This document shows positions 1 to 9,691 of a DNA stretch of 64,000 bases, piece after piece. The stretch is from positions 64,001 through 128,000 of the forward strand of contig JBHLQH010000007.1 of NCBI GenBank assembly GCA_048884965.1, written 5' to 3'. Below the pieces are notes generated by a model. The model was not told the origin of the DNA, made no database searches, and saw nothing but the letters and a program-made list of their open reading frames with translations. Within the stretch, counting starts at the first letter, position 1, and every line of letters starts with the position of its first letter. The stretch is from Candidatus Thorarchaeota archaeon (lineage in GTDB: Archaea; Asgardarchaeota; Thorarchaeia; Thorarchaeales; Thorarchaeaceae). The position numbers and the translations under genes were made by a program.

Positions 1-567
1 CGTTACAAGAAGGGTTACTATCTTTCTCACAAGTTTCCAGAGAAAACTAACCCCATACACATCAATTATCAAGTTGGATCTATGGTCTGTTATGGATATA
101 TTGAGTATTGTTGCAATTGTGTTACGACCATTGTCTGGCTTTGATAACAGCCTGTAGTTATGTGTCCCAATAAGATAGCTCCCAGCCTTTCTTATATCAT
201 CATGATTCAAAACAAGTCCTACGGTACTCAAATAGTACCTATAATGTCTAGACAGAACTCCAAAACGAGGACTAAATTCTGAAGGTGCTTCGGCAAAAGC
301 CCACAAGATTATATCATCGGGCAGATAGGAATTTATTTTGTCGAGATTTGGTGGTTTTTCTGATTCTAGATATATTATTTGACCAATGCTGCTGACTCCC
401 TTATCTGTTCTTCCGGAGAAAGAAATCATATCTAGGGAGTATTGTTTTCCACTCCATTTTGACAATGCATCAATTAGTTCTCCTTGTATGGTTTGAACAG
501 TAGGTTGCCATTGAGAGCCATAGTAATTTCTACCAAGATAGAATACTCTGATGATGTAAGATTTCAA
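1..567 (-). CDS. truA: tRNA pseudouridine(38-40) synthase, 3' end outside window
   Basis: Manual translation from TTG at 567 gives MKSYIIRVFYLGRNYYGSQWQPTVQTIQGEL...FSGRTDKGVS, the TruA Y-G..Y.G.Q and GRTD motifs; AAGGAG SD upstream; not in the ORF track because it is truncated. Confidence 0.85.
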   Translation of the reverse strand, partial: MKSYIIRVFYLGRNYYGSQWQPTVQTIQGELIDALSKWSGKQYSLDMISFSGRTDKGVSSIGQIIYLESEKPPNLDKINSYLPDDIILWAFAEAPSEFSPRFGVLSRHYRYYLSTVGLVLNHDDIRKAGSYLIGTHNYRLLSKPDNGRNTIATILNISITDHRSNLIIDVYGVSFLWKLVRKIVTLLVT

Positions 568-583
568 AGGAAATTCTCCTTGG

Positions 584-868
584 TCAAGAATGCCATAGCT
601 CAAAGAAATTCTTAAGCGAACGAGCCCGCAAGTCTTCCACACGATATCTGTATATCTTTATCCTTCCAAATGTCTTCTCCTCGACCAAGCCAGATTCGAC
701 TAGAGCTTTCAAGTGTGATTTTGTTGTATTGTGATTTAGTCCTACTCGTCTACATAGCTCTGATATATTCAATTCGCTTGATTCAGCCAATTCTTTCAGA
801 ACCTTTACTCTACCTCTTGAAGAGAAGAGATCCTCTATTGGGATTCTTTGGTTGATATCGTTATTCAT
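584..868 (-). CDS. ArsR-like winged-helix DNA-binding protein in the cdc6 operon
   Basis: LNISELCRRVGLNHNTTKSHLKALVESGLV HTH plus wing; 3 bp downstream of cdc6. Confidence 0.8.
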   Translation of the reverse strand: MNNDINQRIPIEDLFSSRGRVKVLKELAESSELNISELCRRVGLNHNTTKSHLKALVESGLVEEKTFGRIKIYRYRVEDLRARSLKNFFELWHS

Positions 869-871
869 TAA

Positions 872-2083
872 TTATGGCCTTCTTTTATTCAGTGCATTGA
901 GCAAGTATTGTTCCAGAAGCTCAGCTGGTACATCAGATATGCCTATCAAAGTGGTTTGACCTCTTTGACCAATACTTGAGCGTTTCGTATCGATAACACC
1001 ATGTGCATTCAAATCTTGAACCCATTCCCATACCTGAGTATGAGCCCGAGATTCAGATTCATATTCTTCACATACCGAATGATACATCTCTTCTACTTCT
1101 CCAATGGTCACATATGCGCTGCGTACTTCCTTTAGCTTTCGGGCCGTAGCTAGAAGCAGAAGCTGGTTTTGTTTTGATAGTTTATCTAGGATTTCAACTC
1201 TTAGCTCAGGATGCGTATCAGCTTTTGCTTTCCGAGCAAAATCGGGAATTATTACCTTAGATCTCAAGCTATCAGCCTGTTTCCCAGCTCTCCAGAGCAA
1301 TTCGATAGCATATCTTGCGTCCCCACGATCTGAAGCCATTTCGCATATCATCTGCAATGTTTCATTCATCACTGCACCATCCTCAAAAGCCATCTTGATA
1401 CGTTCATTCAGAATGTCTTCAAGTTGGGAGGCAGTATATGGCTCAAAACGTAGTATATTTCTCTGTAGGGTGCTAAGAGTGCTTGAGTCGAAGAGATTGT
1501 CATCAAGTGGTATTCTACGCCCAACTCCAATAATCGAAAGTCTTTGTTGTGCATTAAGTTGATCATCCATTAGTCGTGTGAGATTGTAAAGGATGTCACC
1601 ACCTTTCTGTCTGATGAAATAATCAAGTTCATCCAAGATTAGTAGAAGATACCGATCTTCTGATTCTAATACCTCTACTATCATTTGAAGTAATTCTTCA
1701 GGGGAATGACCTCGTCTGGGAAATTCAGGCTTGAATTTACGAAGAATTTTCAAATATACCAAATAGGAGCTTTTGTTGACTCTGCAATTGATATGTAATT
1801 TTTCAAATCGGAGATTTCGACCAGGTCTCCTTGCAGCAAGCTCCATTTGTTCTGCAAACCTTTTTGCAACAGCGGTCTTCCCTGTTCCCACAGGACCTTC
1901 AATAATGAATTTTTGGCTTGTTCGACCAGGAGAAGCTATAAGGGATTTGAAATTCTGTGCAAGTATTCGCAGCTCAGCTTCTCTATGAGGGAGACTCTCA
2001 GGTACATAATCGATAGAAAGATAGTGTTCGGACTTGAAGACGCTTTTTCTACTGAGTTCATCTTCTATATAATCCCGTGGCAT
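872..2083 (-). CDS. cdc6: Orc1/Cdc6 family replication initiator
   Basis: YVPESLPHRE, Walker A GPVGTGKT, Walker B LILDELD, GDAR sensor II, C-terminal winged helix. Confidence 0.95.
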   Translation of the reverse strand: MPRDYIEDELSRKSVFKSEHYLSIDYVPESLPHREAELRILAQNFKSLIASPGRTSQKFIIEGPVGTGKTAVAKRFAEQMELAARRPGRNLRFEKLHINCRVNKSSYLVYLKILRKFKPEFPRRGHSPEELLQMIVEVLESEDRYLLLILDELDYFIRQKGGDILYNLTRLMDDQLNAQQRLSIIGVGRRIPLDDNLFDSSTLSTLQRNILRFEPYTASQLEDILNERIKMAFEDGAVMNETLQMICEMASDRGDARYAIELLWRAGKQADSLRSKVIIPDFARKAKADTHPELRVEILDKLSKQNQLLLLATARKLKEVRSAYVTIGEVEEMYHSVCEEYESESRAHTQVWEWVQDLNAHGVIDTKRSSIGQRGQTTLIGISDVPAELLEQYLLNALNKRRP

Positions 2084-2182
2084 TCCAGACCAAAAGAAAT
2101 AGCACTTACGCGACTTAAAAGGATTTTGTGAGTTGTACGATTAATAATACATTTACGAGTAGAGGTGACCGAAAGTAATAGA

Positions 2183-2254
2183 GGCGAGCTCGTAACTCAA
2201 GATCCAAGTCATCGTCAATTTGACTCATCGGGGTCATGACATTCATCGCTCGCC
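2183..2254 (-). ncRNA. Box C/D-like guide sRNA with two K-turns, predicted to target tRNA-Leu position 34
   Basis: 7-bp terminal stem GGCGAGC/GCTCGCC; two GAU-bulge/GA K-turn motifs; 11- and 12-nt spacers; guide GGAUCUUGAGU complementary to a tRNA-Leu anticodon arm. Confidence 0.65.
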
Positions 2255-2297
2255 AAAGATAAGATAAAATGCTATCTTAAATGTGCTGGGATGAATT

Positions 2298-2401
2298 TGG
2301 TGCGGCCACCGGGATTCGAATTCCCGCGAGATGCAATGCAACCTCGTCCCGGGTCGGAAGCTTGGGAAGCTCCCGTCCTAACCAAACTAGACTATGGCCG
2401 C
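2298..2401 (-). tRNA. tRNA-Gly(CCC) with 27-nt intron at 53/54 (2321-2347)
   Basis: Cloverleaf with encoded CCA; BHB with central helix CCCG/CGGG and bulges GG|A and AA|T. Confidence 0.93.
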
Positions 2402-2513
2402 TGTTTCAAAACGAATTATGCGATTGATAAAAGACTATCTATTTGTTTGTGGCTAGAAGTGCTGAATCTCAAATTTTATCTTGGAGATAGATAGCTCCGC
2501 AAACGATTATCAT

Positions 2514-3644
2514 ATGACCTCTTCAAAAAATGTGGAAGCACATTATTGGCAAGGAAACCAAGCCTGCGCAGAAGGTGCACTTGCAGCTGGATGCAGGTTT
2601 TTCGCTGGTTATCCAATTACTCCCGCATCTGAAATTGCTGAAATAATGTCGCAAGCACTTCCCAGAATTGGTGGAACTTATTTACAAATGGAAGATGAAA
2701 TTGCAGCTATATCAGCAATAATTGGTGCCTCATGGGGAGGCAAGCTCTCCATGACCGCAACATCAGGTCCTGGTTTTAGCTTAATGCAAGAAAACATTGG
2801 ATATGCAATTATGACTGAAACGCCTTGCGTAATTGTAGATGTTCAACGTGCAGGACCCAGTACAGGACAAGCAACAAAAGTAGCGCAAGGGGATTTCATG
2901 CAAGCAAAGTGGGGTACACATGGAGATCATGAAAGTGTTGTATTTGCACCCTATTCAGCTCAAGAAACTTACGAGCTTACTATCAAGGCCTTTGAAATCT
3001 CGGAGAGGTTAAGACATCCGGTCGTTATACTGTCCGATGAGATTGTTGCACATTCGAGAGAACGGGTGATTGTAGAAAGAACTCCAGATGCTCTTGTCAC
3101 TCGATCTTTTTCGAAAATTGGAGATCCTCCATATGGAGGCATAGACTCTGAAGGAAAGTCCTTAATGCCCAAATTCGGAGAAGGACACAACCTTTTGGTA
3201 ACAGGTTCTACCCATAATGAACAAGGGTTCAGAAAGACTTCGGACGCTACGACTCATGATAGTCTTATCAGAAGACTAAGTGCCAAAGTTCTCAATCAGA
3301 TTGATCTCCTTACAGATGTAGTGGTCAATGGACCTGATACTTCAGAATGGGGAGTGGTATCTTTTGGGAGTACTTCAAGATCTGTAGAGGAAGCCATGAT
3401 AGAGAGTAATACTTCTTTCAGATCTCTGAGATTACGAACTCTTTGGCCATTTCCTGATAAAGTCGTGAAAGATTTCTCCAAAACGGTTGATAAGTTACTT
3501 GTACCAGAGCTAAATCTGGGACAGCTTATCAATGAAGTATCTCGTGTTTCTTGCGATTCTGTTGAAGTTGTCCCATTGAATAAAATTGGTGGAGGATTGC
3601 TAATCGACCCTGAAGAGATAACTGGAATACTTGACAATAAATGA
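2514..3644 (+). CDS. korA: 2-oxoacid:ferredoxin oxidoreductase alpha subunit
   Basis: GNQACAEGA, FAGYPITPASE, QMEDEIAA, TSGPGFSLMQE; start moved to ATG 2514. Confidence 0.9.
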   Translation: MTSSKNVEAHYWQGNQACAEGALAAGCRFFAGYPITPASEIAEIMSQALPRIGGTYLQMEDEIAAISAIIGASWGGKLSMTATSGPGFSLMQENIGYAIMTETPCVIVDVQRAGPSTGQATKVAQGDFMQAKWGTHGDHESVVFAPYSAQETYELTIKAFEISERLRHPVVILSDEIVAHSRERVIVERTPDALVTRSFSKIGDPPYGGIDSEGKSLMPKFGEGHNLLVTGSTHNEQGFRKTSDATTHDSLIRRLSAKVLNQIDLLTDVVVNGPDTSEWGVVSFGSTSRSVEEAMIESNTSFRSLRLRTLWPFPDKVVKDFSKTVDKLLVPELNLGQLINEVSRVSCDSVEVVPLNKIGGGLLIDPEEITGILDNK

Positions 3645-5926
3645 TGCGTTTCCAAGGCTGTCTGCACAATCATCTCACCATCAAGTTCGGTATTGATTGT
3701 TATCTGAAGTGATGTTCTAATCCAAATCATCAAACTGATTTCTATTCGATAGGATGTTGTATAGTTACCAGTTATGTCAATGTAAATCGCGTGCATTCCT
3801 GGTAGAAGCCATTCAGGAAGGATAATTGATTGAGGTAAACTAAGATTTGGAATATCCAAATCAGATACAAGGGAAGCGCTTACATTATCGAAAATCTGAA
3901 TATATGCAGAAGAAAGAGGTTGAAAAGTGTCATCATACACAGTTAACTCGAATAGGAATTGATTGCTGTAGAACGCTTGCGGATTATTGATTTCTGAGGT
4001 TATTGGAACAAGAATAGTAGTTTCGATTGCGAATGAGTGAACGAGTGTATAGTTCTCGTGTAGAATTTCTATCTCAATCGGATAGATTCCTTTTGGAACA
4101 CTGGAAGAAATATACAATGAGAGATTGTTCAATGTACCTACTAAAAGAGATGCTTGATCTAATATTTCCCCTGTGCTAAGCAGAAAATTGACAGTAATCA
4201 TATCGCTTATCCCTAGTTCAGACTCAATTGTAAGAGAAACATCCGAGTAGTTGCCTCGAACAAATACCCAACTAGAATTAGATGATGTGATCCAGAGTGG
4301 GTATTTAACATATACTTGGAATTGATCAGAAACCTCAGCAACAAAACATGTGTTTGGTTGTATCCTTATTGTGAGATTATTGTACCCTATAGGGGTGTCA
4401 TTTCCCACTGTCCATTCAATGAAAAGGAATCCAAATGAATCGGTACTGCCAATAGCTAATGTGTTGCCTTCTGAATCTTGAACTAAGACCGAGATGTTTG
4501 TGATTCGCAAGCCAGAAGGATCTTCAATTGAAATATTCAGGTATGATTGGTAGGCTCTTACAAATTCTGAGTAGTCATGAATTAGAATAGTTGGTTCAAA
4601 AACAATATCGATAGGAATGACTGAATTTGCATAAGAATAGAATGTAGAAGATTCAGCTGAGATTGAAACTGTTCCTGTTCCCCATTTGTCTTCTGGGATT
4701 TGAATACTACAGGATACCTGACCTGTCGAATTGGTCATTGCATAAAGAGAAAACTGCCATTCATTCAAGAAAATAGTGATGTTGATCGGGATGGAATCTA
4801 TCGGCTCTGCTTCTATCCAATCCTTAGCATTCACGTCAATTTTGAGCGAATAAGAGGGTAAAATTTGTTTCATACTTGCGGATATATTGAGTGTACGTGG
4901 TAGTACATCAACTACAAATGATTCCATGGCATCTTGGTATCCGTAATGTGAGGCTGTTACATTGACTTGATATTGTCCGGGAGTCGTTTGAAATGGAATG
5001 ATTCCTTCGTATTGTCCCACGATTGATTGTGCCAATATCCCATTACCGAAGGATGTCACCCAAGTTATATTACTGTCACTTATAGGTGCCATACTGCTAT
5101 CATTATGCTGAAATACTACATGAGCGTCTTCGTAAAACAAACCACTTGGCGTTTGACAGTAGAGATTCTCTACTGTATCGATTCTCGTTAATGTTGAGGG
5201 TTCTGAGTTGACCAGTAAGGGGAAGGTTTCTGAAAATGGAAGAAAAGCGTTGCTCCCGTTTCCACTAACCTGAATTGAATAGTCACCAGGTAGAAACGGG
5301 GTTTGATTCCAATGTTGAACTAAATTGCCACTAGGAGTTGTCGTGGTGATATTGGAAAAAACAAGATCATTTGTTGAGTTAAAAATCTCTATCAAAGAAG
5401 GCTCACTGGCTAGGGGAATGCTTTGATTGTACATGCTTGTGACTATAAAATCCAATGTTGCATTAGCATTCGTTTGAATAGAAAGTGGTCCGTTGGATTG
5501 GACCTGTAAATGGCCTCTAGTGATATTGACTTCAATTATCTCATTTATTCCCTGATAGTATTTATCGAAAATTTCGACATTCAACGATATTTGCGCAACA
5601 ACTGGGTCGGGATATGGAGAGGTATGTTCTGGGAGTATCGTATATTTCGAAGTAATAAGCCGAGTGTTTGGCGAAGGTGAGATAAAGAAACTGTCATCAT
5701 ATACTAACCCTTGATCCGTTGCAACCAAAAAGGAAACATGGCACCATCCTTCCTCGCTAAAATCTGCTACCAATTCTGTAACCATATTGATAGTTTCTCC
5801 AACCTCATATGTCATTTGATCCGTTTCGAAATATGAGAAATCAAAATACAATGCGGATACAGGTAGTGCGAAACCTAGGAATATTACGAATGACAATGTG
5901 ATAACTATTGATAGCCTTGGTTGCAT
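3296..5926 (-). CDS. Large secreted/surface protein with beta-sandwich (Ig-like) repeats
   Basis: N-terminal signal peptide, S/T/N-rich beta-strand repeats, many N-x-S/T sequons; 3' end overlaps korA antisense. Confidence 0.65.
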   Translation of the reverse strand: MQPRLSIVITLSFVIFLGFALPVSALYFDFSYFETDQMTYEVGETINMVTELVADFSEEGWCHVSFLVATDQGLVYDDSFFISPSPNTRLITSKYTILPEHTSPYPDPVVAQISLNVEIFDKYYQGINEIIEVNITRGHLQVQSNGPLSIQTNANATLDFIVTSMYNQSIPLASEPSLIEIFNSTNDLVFSNITTTTPSGNLVQHWNQTPFLPGDYSIQVSGNGSNAFLPFSETFPLLVNSEPSTLTRIDTVENLYCQTPSGLFYEDAHVVFQHNDSSMAPISDSNITWVTSFGNGILAQSIVGQYEGIIPFQTTPGQYQVNVTASHYGYQDAMESFVVDVLPRTLNISASMKQILPSYSLKIDVNAKDWIEAEPIDSIPINITIFLNEWQFSLYAMTNSTGQVSCSIQIPEDKWGTGTVSISAESSTFYSYANSVIPIDIVFEPTILIHDYSEFVRAYQSYLNISIEDPSGLRITNISVLVQDSEGNTLAIGSTDSFGFLFIEWTVGNDTPIGYNNLTIRIQPNTCFVAEVSDQFQVYVKYPLWITSSNSSWVFVRGNYSDVSLTIESELGISDMITVNFLLSTGEILDQASLLVGTLNNLSLYISSSVPKGIYPIEIEILHENYTLVHSFAIETTILVPITSEINNPQAFYSNQFLFELTVYDDTFQPLSSAYIQIFDNVSASLVSDLDIPNLSLPQSIILPEWLLPGMHAIYIDITGNYTTSYRIEISLMIWIRTSLQITINTELDGEMIVQTALETHHLLSSIPVISSGSISNPPPILFNGTTSTESQETRDTSLISCPRFSSGTSNLSTVLEKSFTTLSGNGQRVRNLRDLKEVLLSIMASSTDLEVLPKDTTPHSEVSGPLTTTSVRRSI

Positions 5927-6033
5927 ATGCCCACCAGAAAGTTGTATTTACAGTGCCTAAAAAACACCCACGACTTTATCGACAGATTTAATTCAGCCGA
6001 CATTGGCACCTTGTAATAGGAGAAATTGAAAGA

Positions 6034-6402
6034 ATGCCTCTGCGTATCAAAGATGCTACGATAACTTCTATTGAAGATACTGAAACAAAGAAACTCAAGA
6101 TATTAAAAGCTGTATCAAAAGAAGAAGGAGTCACGCTCTCACTTGAAATGCCAGAAGCCCTTTGTGATCCCTTTCATGTAAAAGATACAATAGAGATTGT
6201 AATCGATTCTGAAGAGATTGTAAAAGGGGACAAAGCAAAGCTATACGCGGAAGGTACAGTTTTCAAAATGGATGATTCCTCCTCAAACCTATCAGTAGTT
6301 GCTGCTTTTGGAGGACTAAGATTGGTTTTGGAAATTGCATCACCAAAACCTGCGCAGAGAAAGATATTTGATTCACAGAAAGTTTTCTTGACTTTAGGCT
6401 AA
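6034..6402 (+). CDS. rpo8: RNA polymerase subunit Rpo8 (RpoG/RPB8 homolog)
   Basis: OB-fold size, G.VF(K) strand and AFGGLRL, matching the RPB8 SFGGLL motif. Confidence 0.7.
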   Translation: MPLRIKDATITSIEDTETKKLKILKAVSKEEGVTLSLEMPEALCDPFHVKDTIEIVIDSEEIVKGDKAKLYAEGTVFKMDDSSSNLSVVAAFGGLRLVLEIASPKPAQRKIFDSQKVFLTLG

Positions 6403-6564
6403 AGTTCGAAAATCAATGAATACTTTCGGCCATCTCACTATCTCACCATGCCCCATGTGACCCTATAGTAGACGTTATTGTTCATTGAGTGATACTGTGC
6501 AGTAGGTTTAGCATACATTTGGCTTCTGAAATCTAGTTAGGTGAAAATGTAATAGAATTACTGG

Positions 6565-7602
6565 GTGTGGTCATTGGTCGATGTATCAGTTCAACGAGAT
6601 TCATCTTCATTTTTGTGCCCGGAATGTTCGGGCAGTGTTGTAGCTAGCAGAGGATTTGTCGTCTGCTCAGAATGTGGAAATGTGGTAACAATAGAGTATG
6701 TTTCTCCAACTTATCAGATGGGCGAGGAGCATACTGAAGGTTCCCCAGAGGCAAGTGTTTACGGGTCCCTTGGAAATCGAATGCACATTGTTGATGGACT
6801 TGGCAGTTATATTGGCTTTCACAAGGATCGCTTCTTCAGAGATGCTAATGGACAGTCTCTTTCGGGTCCAATGCAGAAGAAGTTCAAGAGATTGAAAGGA
6901 GTATATAGTACAAGAGTGCGCATTGGAAAAGATGAAGCAAAGTATAGAGCATTGCGGACTCTTAACCATGTTTCGAAGCTGCTGATGCTAAATGAACAAG
7001 TAAGAGATCGGACGGCTTATCTCTATAAGAAAATTACAACCGAAACTCCAAACAAAGTGACAAATAATATACTCCTGATTGCCGTATGTCTTTTGATGGC
7101 AGTAAGGGAATTCAAGGAGGAAGCTCCAATAACTCTTGAGGAAATAGCTACTGTTTTTGAAAAGTGCGGACACCGTGTAAATGTGCGAGCTATTGTTAGA
7201 GAAGCACTTGAGCTAAGAGCCGTAACGGGTTATTCGCCTAAAATGAGAAAGCCTGAGGACTACGTGCCAAGGGTTCTTTCAATGCTAATGAATAGCTCAA
7301 AAGTCGTAAAGAAAGTCAAATCGCGAGGCTGGGCACCCCGAGATTATGAAAACGCACTCAGAAACAAAATCCTGTATGTTCTTGGTCTCATTCCTTCATC
7401 GAAACGGGGAGGTCGTAATCCTTTCATCTTTACTGTTTCTGCAGCATATGCAAGTGATCGCCTTCTGGCATCTGAACAGGGAAAGCGAGCGGTCTTGACA
7501 CAAAAACTTGCTTCGCAAGCAACAGAAGTTGCGGAATATAGTATTCGCGATCATTTTGGCATGATTAAAAATACGATTGAGCTGACAGTATCTACGCTAT
7601 GA
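6565..7602 (+). CDS. tfb: Transcription factor B (TFIIB) paralog
   Basis: Zn ribbon CPEC...VCSECG followed by two cyclin repeats; C-terminal LTQK...ATEVAEYSIR HTH. Confidence 0.8.
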   Translation: MWSLVDVSVQRDSSSFLCPECSGSVVASRGFVVCSECGNVVTIEYVSPTYQMGEEHTEGSPEASVYGSLGNRMHIVDGLGSYIGFHKDRFFRDANGQSLSGPMQKKFKRLKGVYSTRVRIGKDEAKYRALRTLNHVSKLLMLNEQVRDRTAYLYKKITTETPNKVTNNILLIAVCLLMAVREFKEEAPITLEEIATVFEKCGHRVNVRAIVREALELRAVTGYSPKMRKPEDYVPRVLSMLMNSSKVVKKVKSRGWAPRDYENALRNKILYVLGLIPSSKRGGRNPFIFTVSAAYASDRLLASEQGKRAVLTQKLASQATEVAEYSIRDHFGMIKNTIELTVSTL

Positions 7603-7615
7603 ACAGGCAAATGAG

Positions 7616-9289
7616 TTGAAAGAATTGATTGGTGCCGAACCAAATGGAACAAGACCTCATGTGATAGTGTGCCCAGACAATGAATGCAATGATTGTAAGG
7701 GAAATTTGGTTCCAGAGAGATGTGGAAAAGTTCGATTGGAATCAGATAGAAAGATGATTATCATTGAGCCTATGAAGAAGATGATTCATCTTAGGCATGC
7801 TTTACTGGATTGTGATGGTATTGAGTCAAAGTCTAAGATGATTGAGTCTGTATTCATTGAAGAGTTTGACCAAGTAGAAAGCTGGAAAGATCTTGTTGAA
7901 GCTTATGCTATTGGTTCGTATCTTTCGCTCTATTTCAAAGGCAGAAGGGATAATTCTATACAACACATTTCCTTTCCACGTGTGCGAACCTCTCTCGAGT
8001 ATTCTTTAATCGAAGAGATGAACAATCAATACCTCAAATCCTTCAAGAATGGTAACTTGAGAAGAACAACCTTTCAAGGTAGATTGGAAACAAGTAGTAA
8101 CTGGATTGCTCAAGAAATCTCTAATTCGTTGCCAGAACTGAATTCGACTACAATACGTGTGATTGCTGATTTTGTTACCCACAAAAATACTCCAATTAGT
8201 GGAATGTTTCCATTGATTCTTGATGAATGTGTAGAAGAAATTTATCTGGATCGACCTGGAGAACAAGTATACTTCGATCATTCGAAATTTGGCAGAGTTC
8301 AAACCAATTTCCAGATGAATGATGATGAAGTTTTGAAGTTGACTACCTTGCTACGCGCTGAAAGTAACTTGCATCTAGATAGGAAAAATCCATCTTTGAA
8401 AACAGATTTGGTTCTTTATGATGTTCCACTTAGATTTTCAACTAGTATGCCCCCTCTATCACCTGATGGAATGAATTTAGAAATAAGAAGGGCGAGGGTG
8501 AAACCGTTTACGATTTTTGATTTAGTTCAAAACGGGACTTTAAGCTATAAGGCAGCTGCCCTTCTCATTCTTTCAATAAACTCAAGGCTAAATATTACAA
8601 TCACAGGAGAGCCGGGAACAGGAAAAACTACTCTTATGAATGCGTTGGACTTCACAACTCCAGAAATATGGAGAAAAATCTACATTGAAGATGTTCTTGA
8701 AAGTAGAATGATTGAAGGTAATCACCAAGTGAGATTTAGAGTGACTCCACTAGATGAGAATACAAGTATGTTGGATAAATCAACTGAGATTATCAAATGT
8801 CTTCATCGATCACCAGACTATCTGATTCTAGGGGAGATTCAAACTATTGAACACAGTCGTGCATTATTCCAGTCTATTGTTGCAGGACTTCGTTCAATAC
8901 AAACATGTCACAGTAGTTCACCCTCTAGTCTTGTCACCCGTTGGGTGGTTGAACATCATGTCAGCACATCAAGTCTTGCATTGATGGACCTCATAGTTTC
9001 ATTGAAAAAACCAAATCCTGGAGCTTCAGAAAGGTTCGTAGATAGAATCGCAGAGGTGTGCAGAAAAGAAGAATCAGGGCTAACAGAGTTCACAGGCTTG
9101 AATGTCATCTATGATTCTAATAATCCTGAAGAATTAGGAGAGCCAGCAACTAACGGAATGTTTCAATCTTTGGAATTCAAAGAAACAATCAATAGTATAG
9201 TTGGGAAACTCAAGTCATTTGAATACTCAAGTGAAAACAGTATGAATTGGATGGAACTAGATGATACTTCAATGTCTCCCTTCGTTTGA
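7616..9289 (+). CDS. Type II/IV secretion ATPase (TadA/CpaF/VirB11 family)
   Basis: GEPGTGKTT, Asp box YIEDVLE, LHRSPDYLILGEI, His box TCH. Confidence 0.85.
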   Translation: MKELIGAEPNGTRPHVIVCPDNECNDCKGNLVPERCGKVRLESDRKMIIIEPMKKMIHLRHALLDCDGIESKSKMIESVFIEEFDQVESWKDLVEAYAIGSYLSLYFKGRRDNSIQHISFPRVRTSLEYSLIEEMNNQYLKSFKNGNLRRTTFQGRLETSSNWIAQEISNSLPELNSTTIRVIADFVTHKNTPISGMFPLILDECVEEIYLDRPGEQVYFDHSKFGRVQTNFQMNDDEVLKLTTLLRAESNLHLDRKNPSLKTDLVLYDVPLRFSTSMPPLSPDGMNLEIRRARVKPFTIFDLVQNGTLSYKAAALLILSINSRLNITITGEPGTGKTTLMNALDFTTPEIWRKIYIEDVLESRMIEGNHQVRFRVTPLDENTSMLDKSTEIIKCLHRSPDYLILGEIQTIEHSRALFQSIVAGLRSIQTCHSSSPSSLVTRWVVEHHVSTSSLALMDLIVSLKKPNPGASERFVDRIAEVCRKEESGLTEFTGLNVIYDSNNPEELGEPATNGMFQSLEFKETINSIVGKLKSFEYSSENSMNWMELDDTSMSPFV

Positions 9290-9377
9290 TGGTTCAAAGA
9301 TACCAGAAATCTTGAGAACGGATATCCTGTGGGGGCTTAAATACTCTGAATAGAATCTTAATACAAGGTGTGGTATA

Positions 9378-9581
9378 GTGACTGAATTCCCTTCGATTGT
9401 AAAAGATGAAAATGGAGGCCCACTTGTTGAAGAGAGCCTATTATTAGGACTTGCAGTGGTTACGATTTCCATTGTAATTGCAGTTATACTTCAAGCAACT
9501 GGGTGGGCTCAGGAAGTCATTGCAGGGCTGCTTCAGATTTTGGAAGATAGTTGGAGTGGATTGACAAATCTATTTCCATAG
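9378..9581 (+). CDS. Flp/type IVb pilin-like protein
   Basis: Class III signal KDENG|GPLVE with Glu at +5, then a hydrophobic helix; 67 aa; directly after the TadA-like ATPase. Confidence 0.65.
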   Translation: MTEFPSIVKDENGGPLVEESLLLGLAVVTISIVIAVILQATGWAQEVIAGLLQILEDSWSGLTNLFP

Positions 9582-9691
9582 GATTTTGCTTCAATTACTG
9601 GCAGTCTATTTTTGATCTATCGTAGTACTGTGGGAAAACCTTATTTGTCAACTCAAATGGTGCTGTGATGCTCCGGACTGGTTCACAATTC

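Noticed and set aside
2084-2297. Replication origin upstream of cdc6
   Set aside because: No ORB seen; the space is explained by the promoter and the C/D-like sRNA
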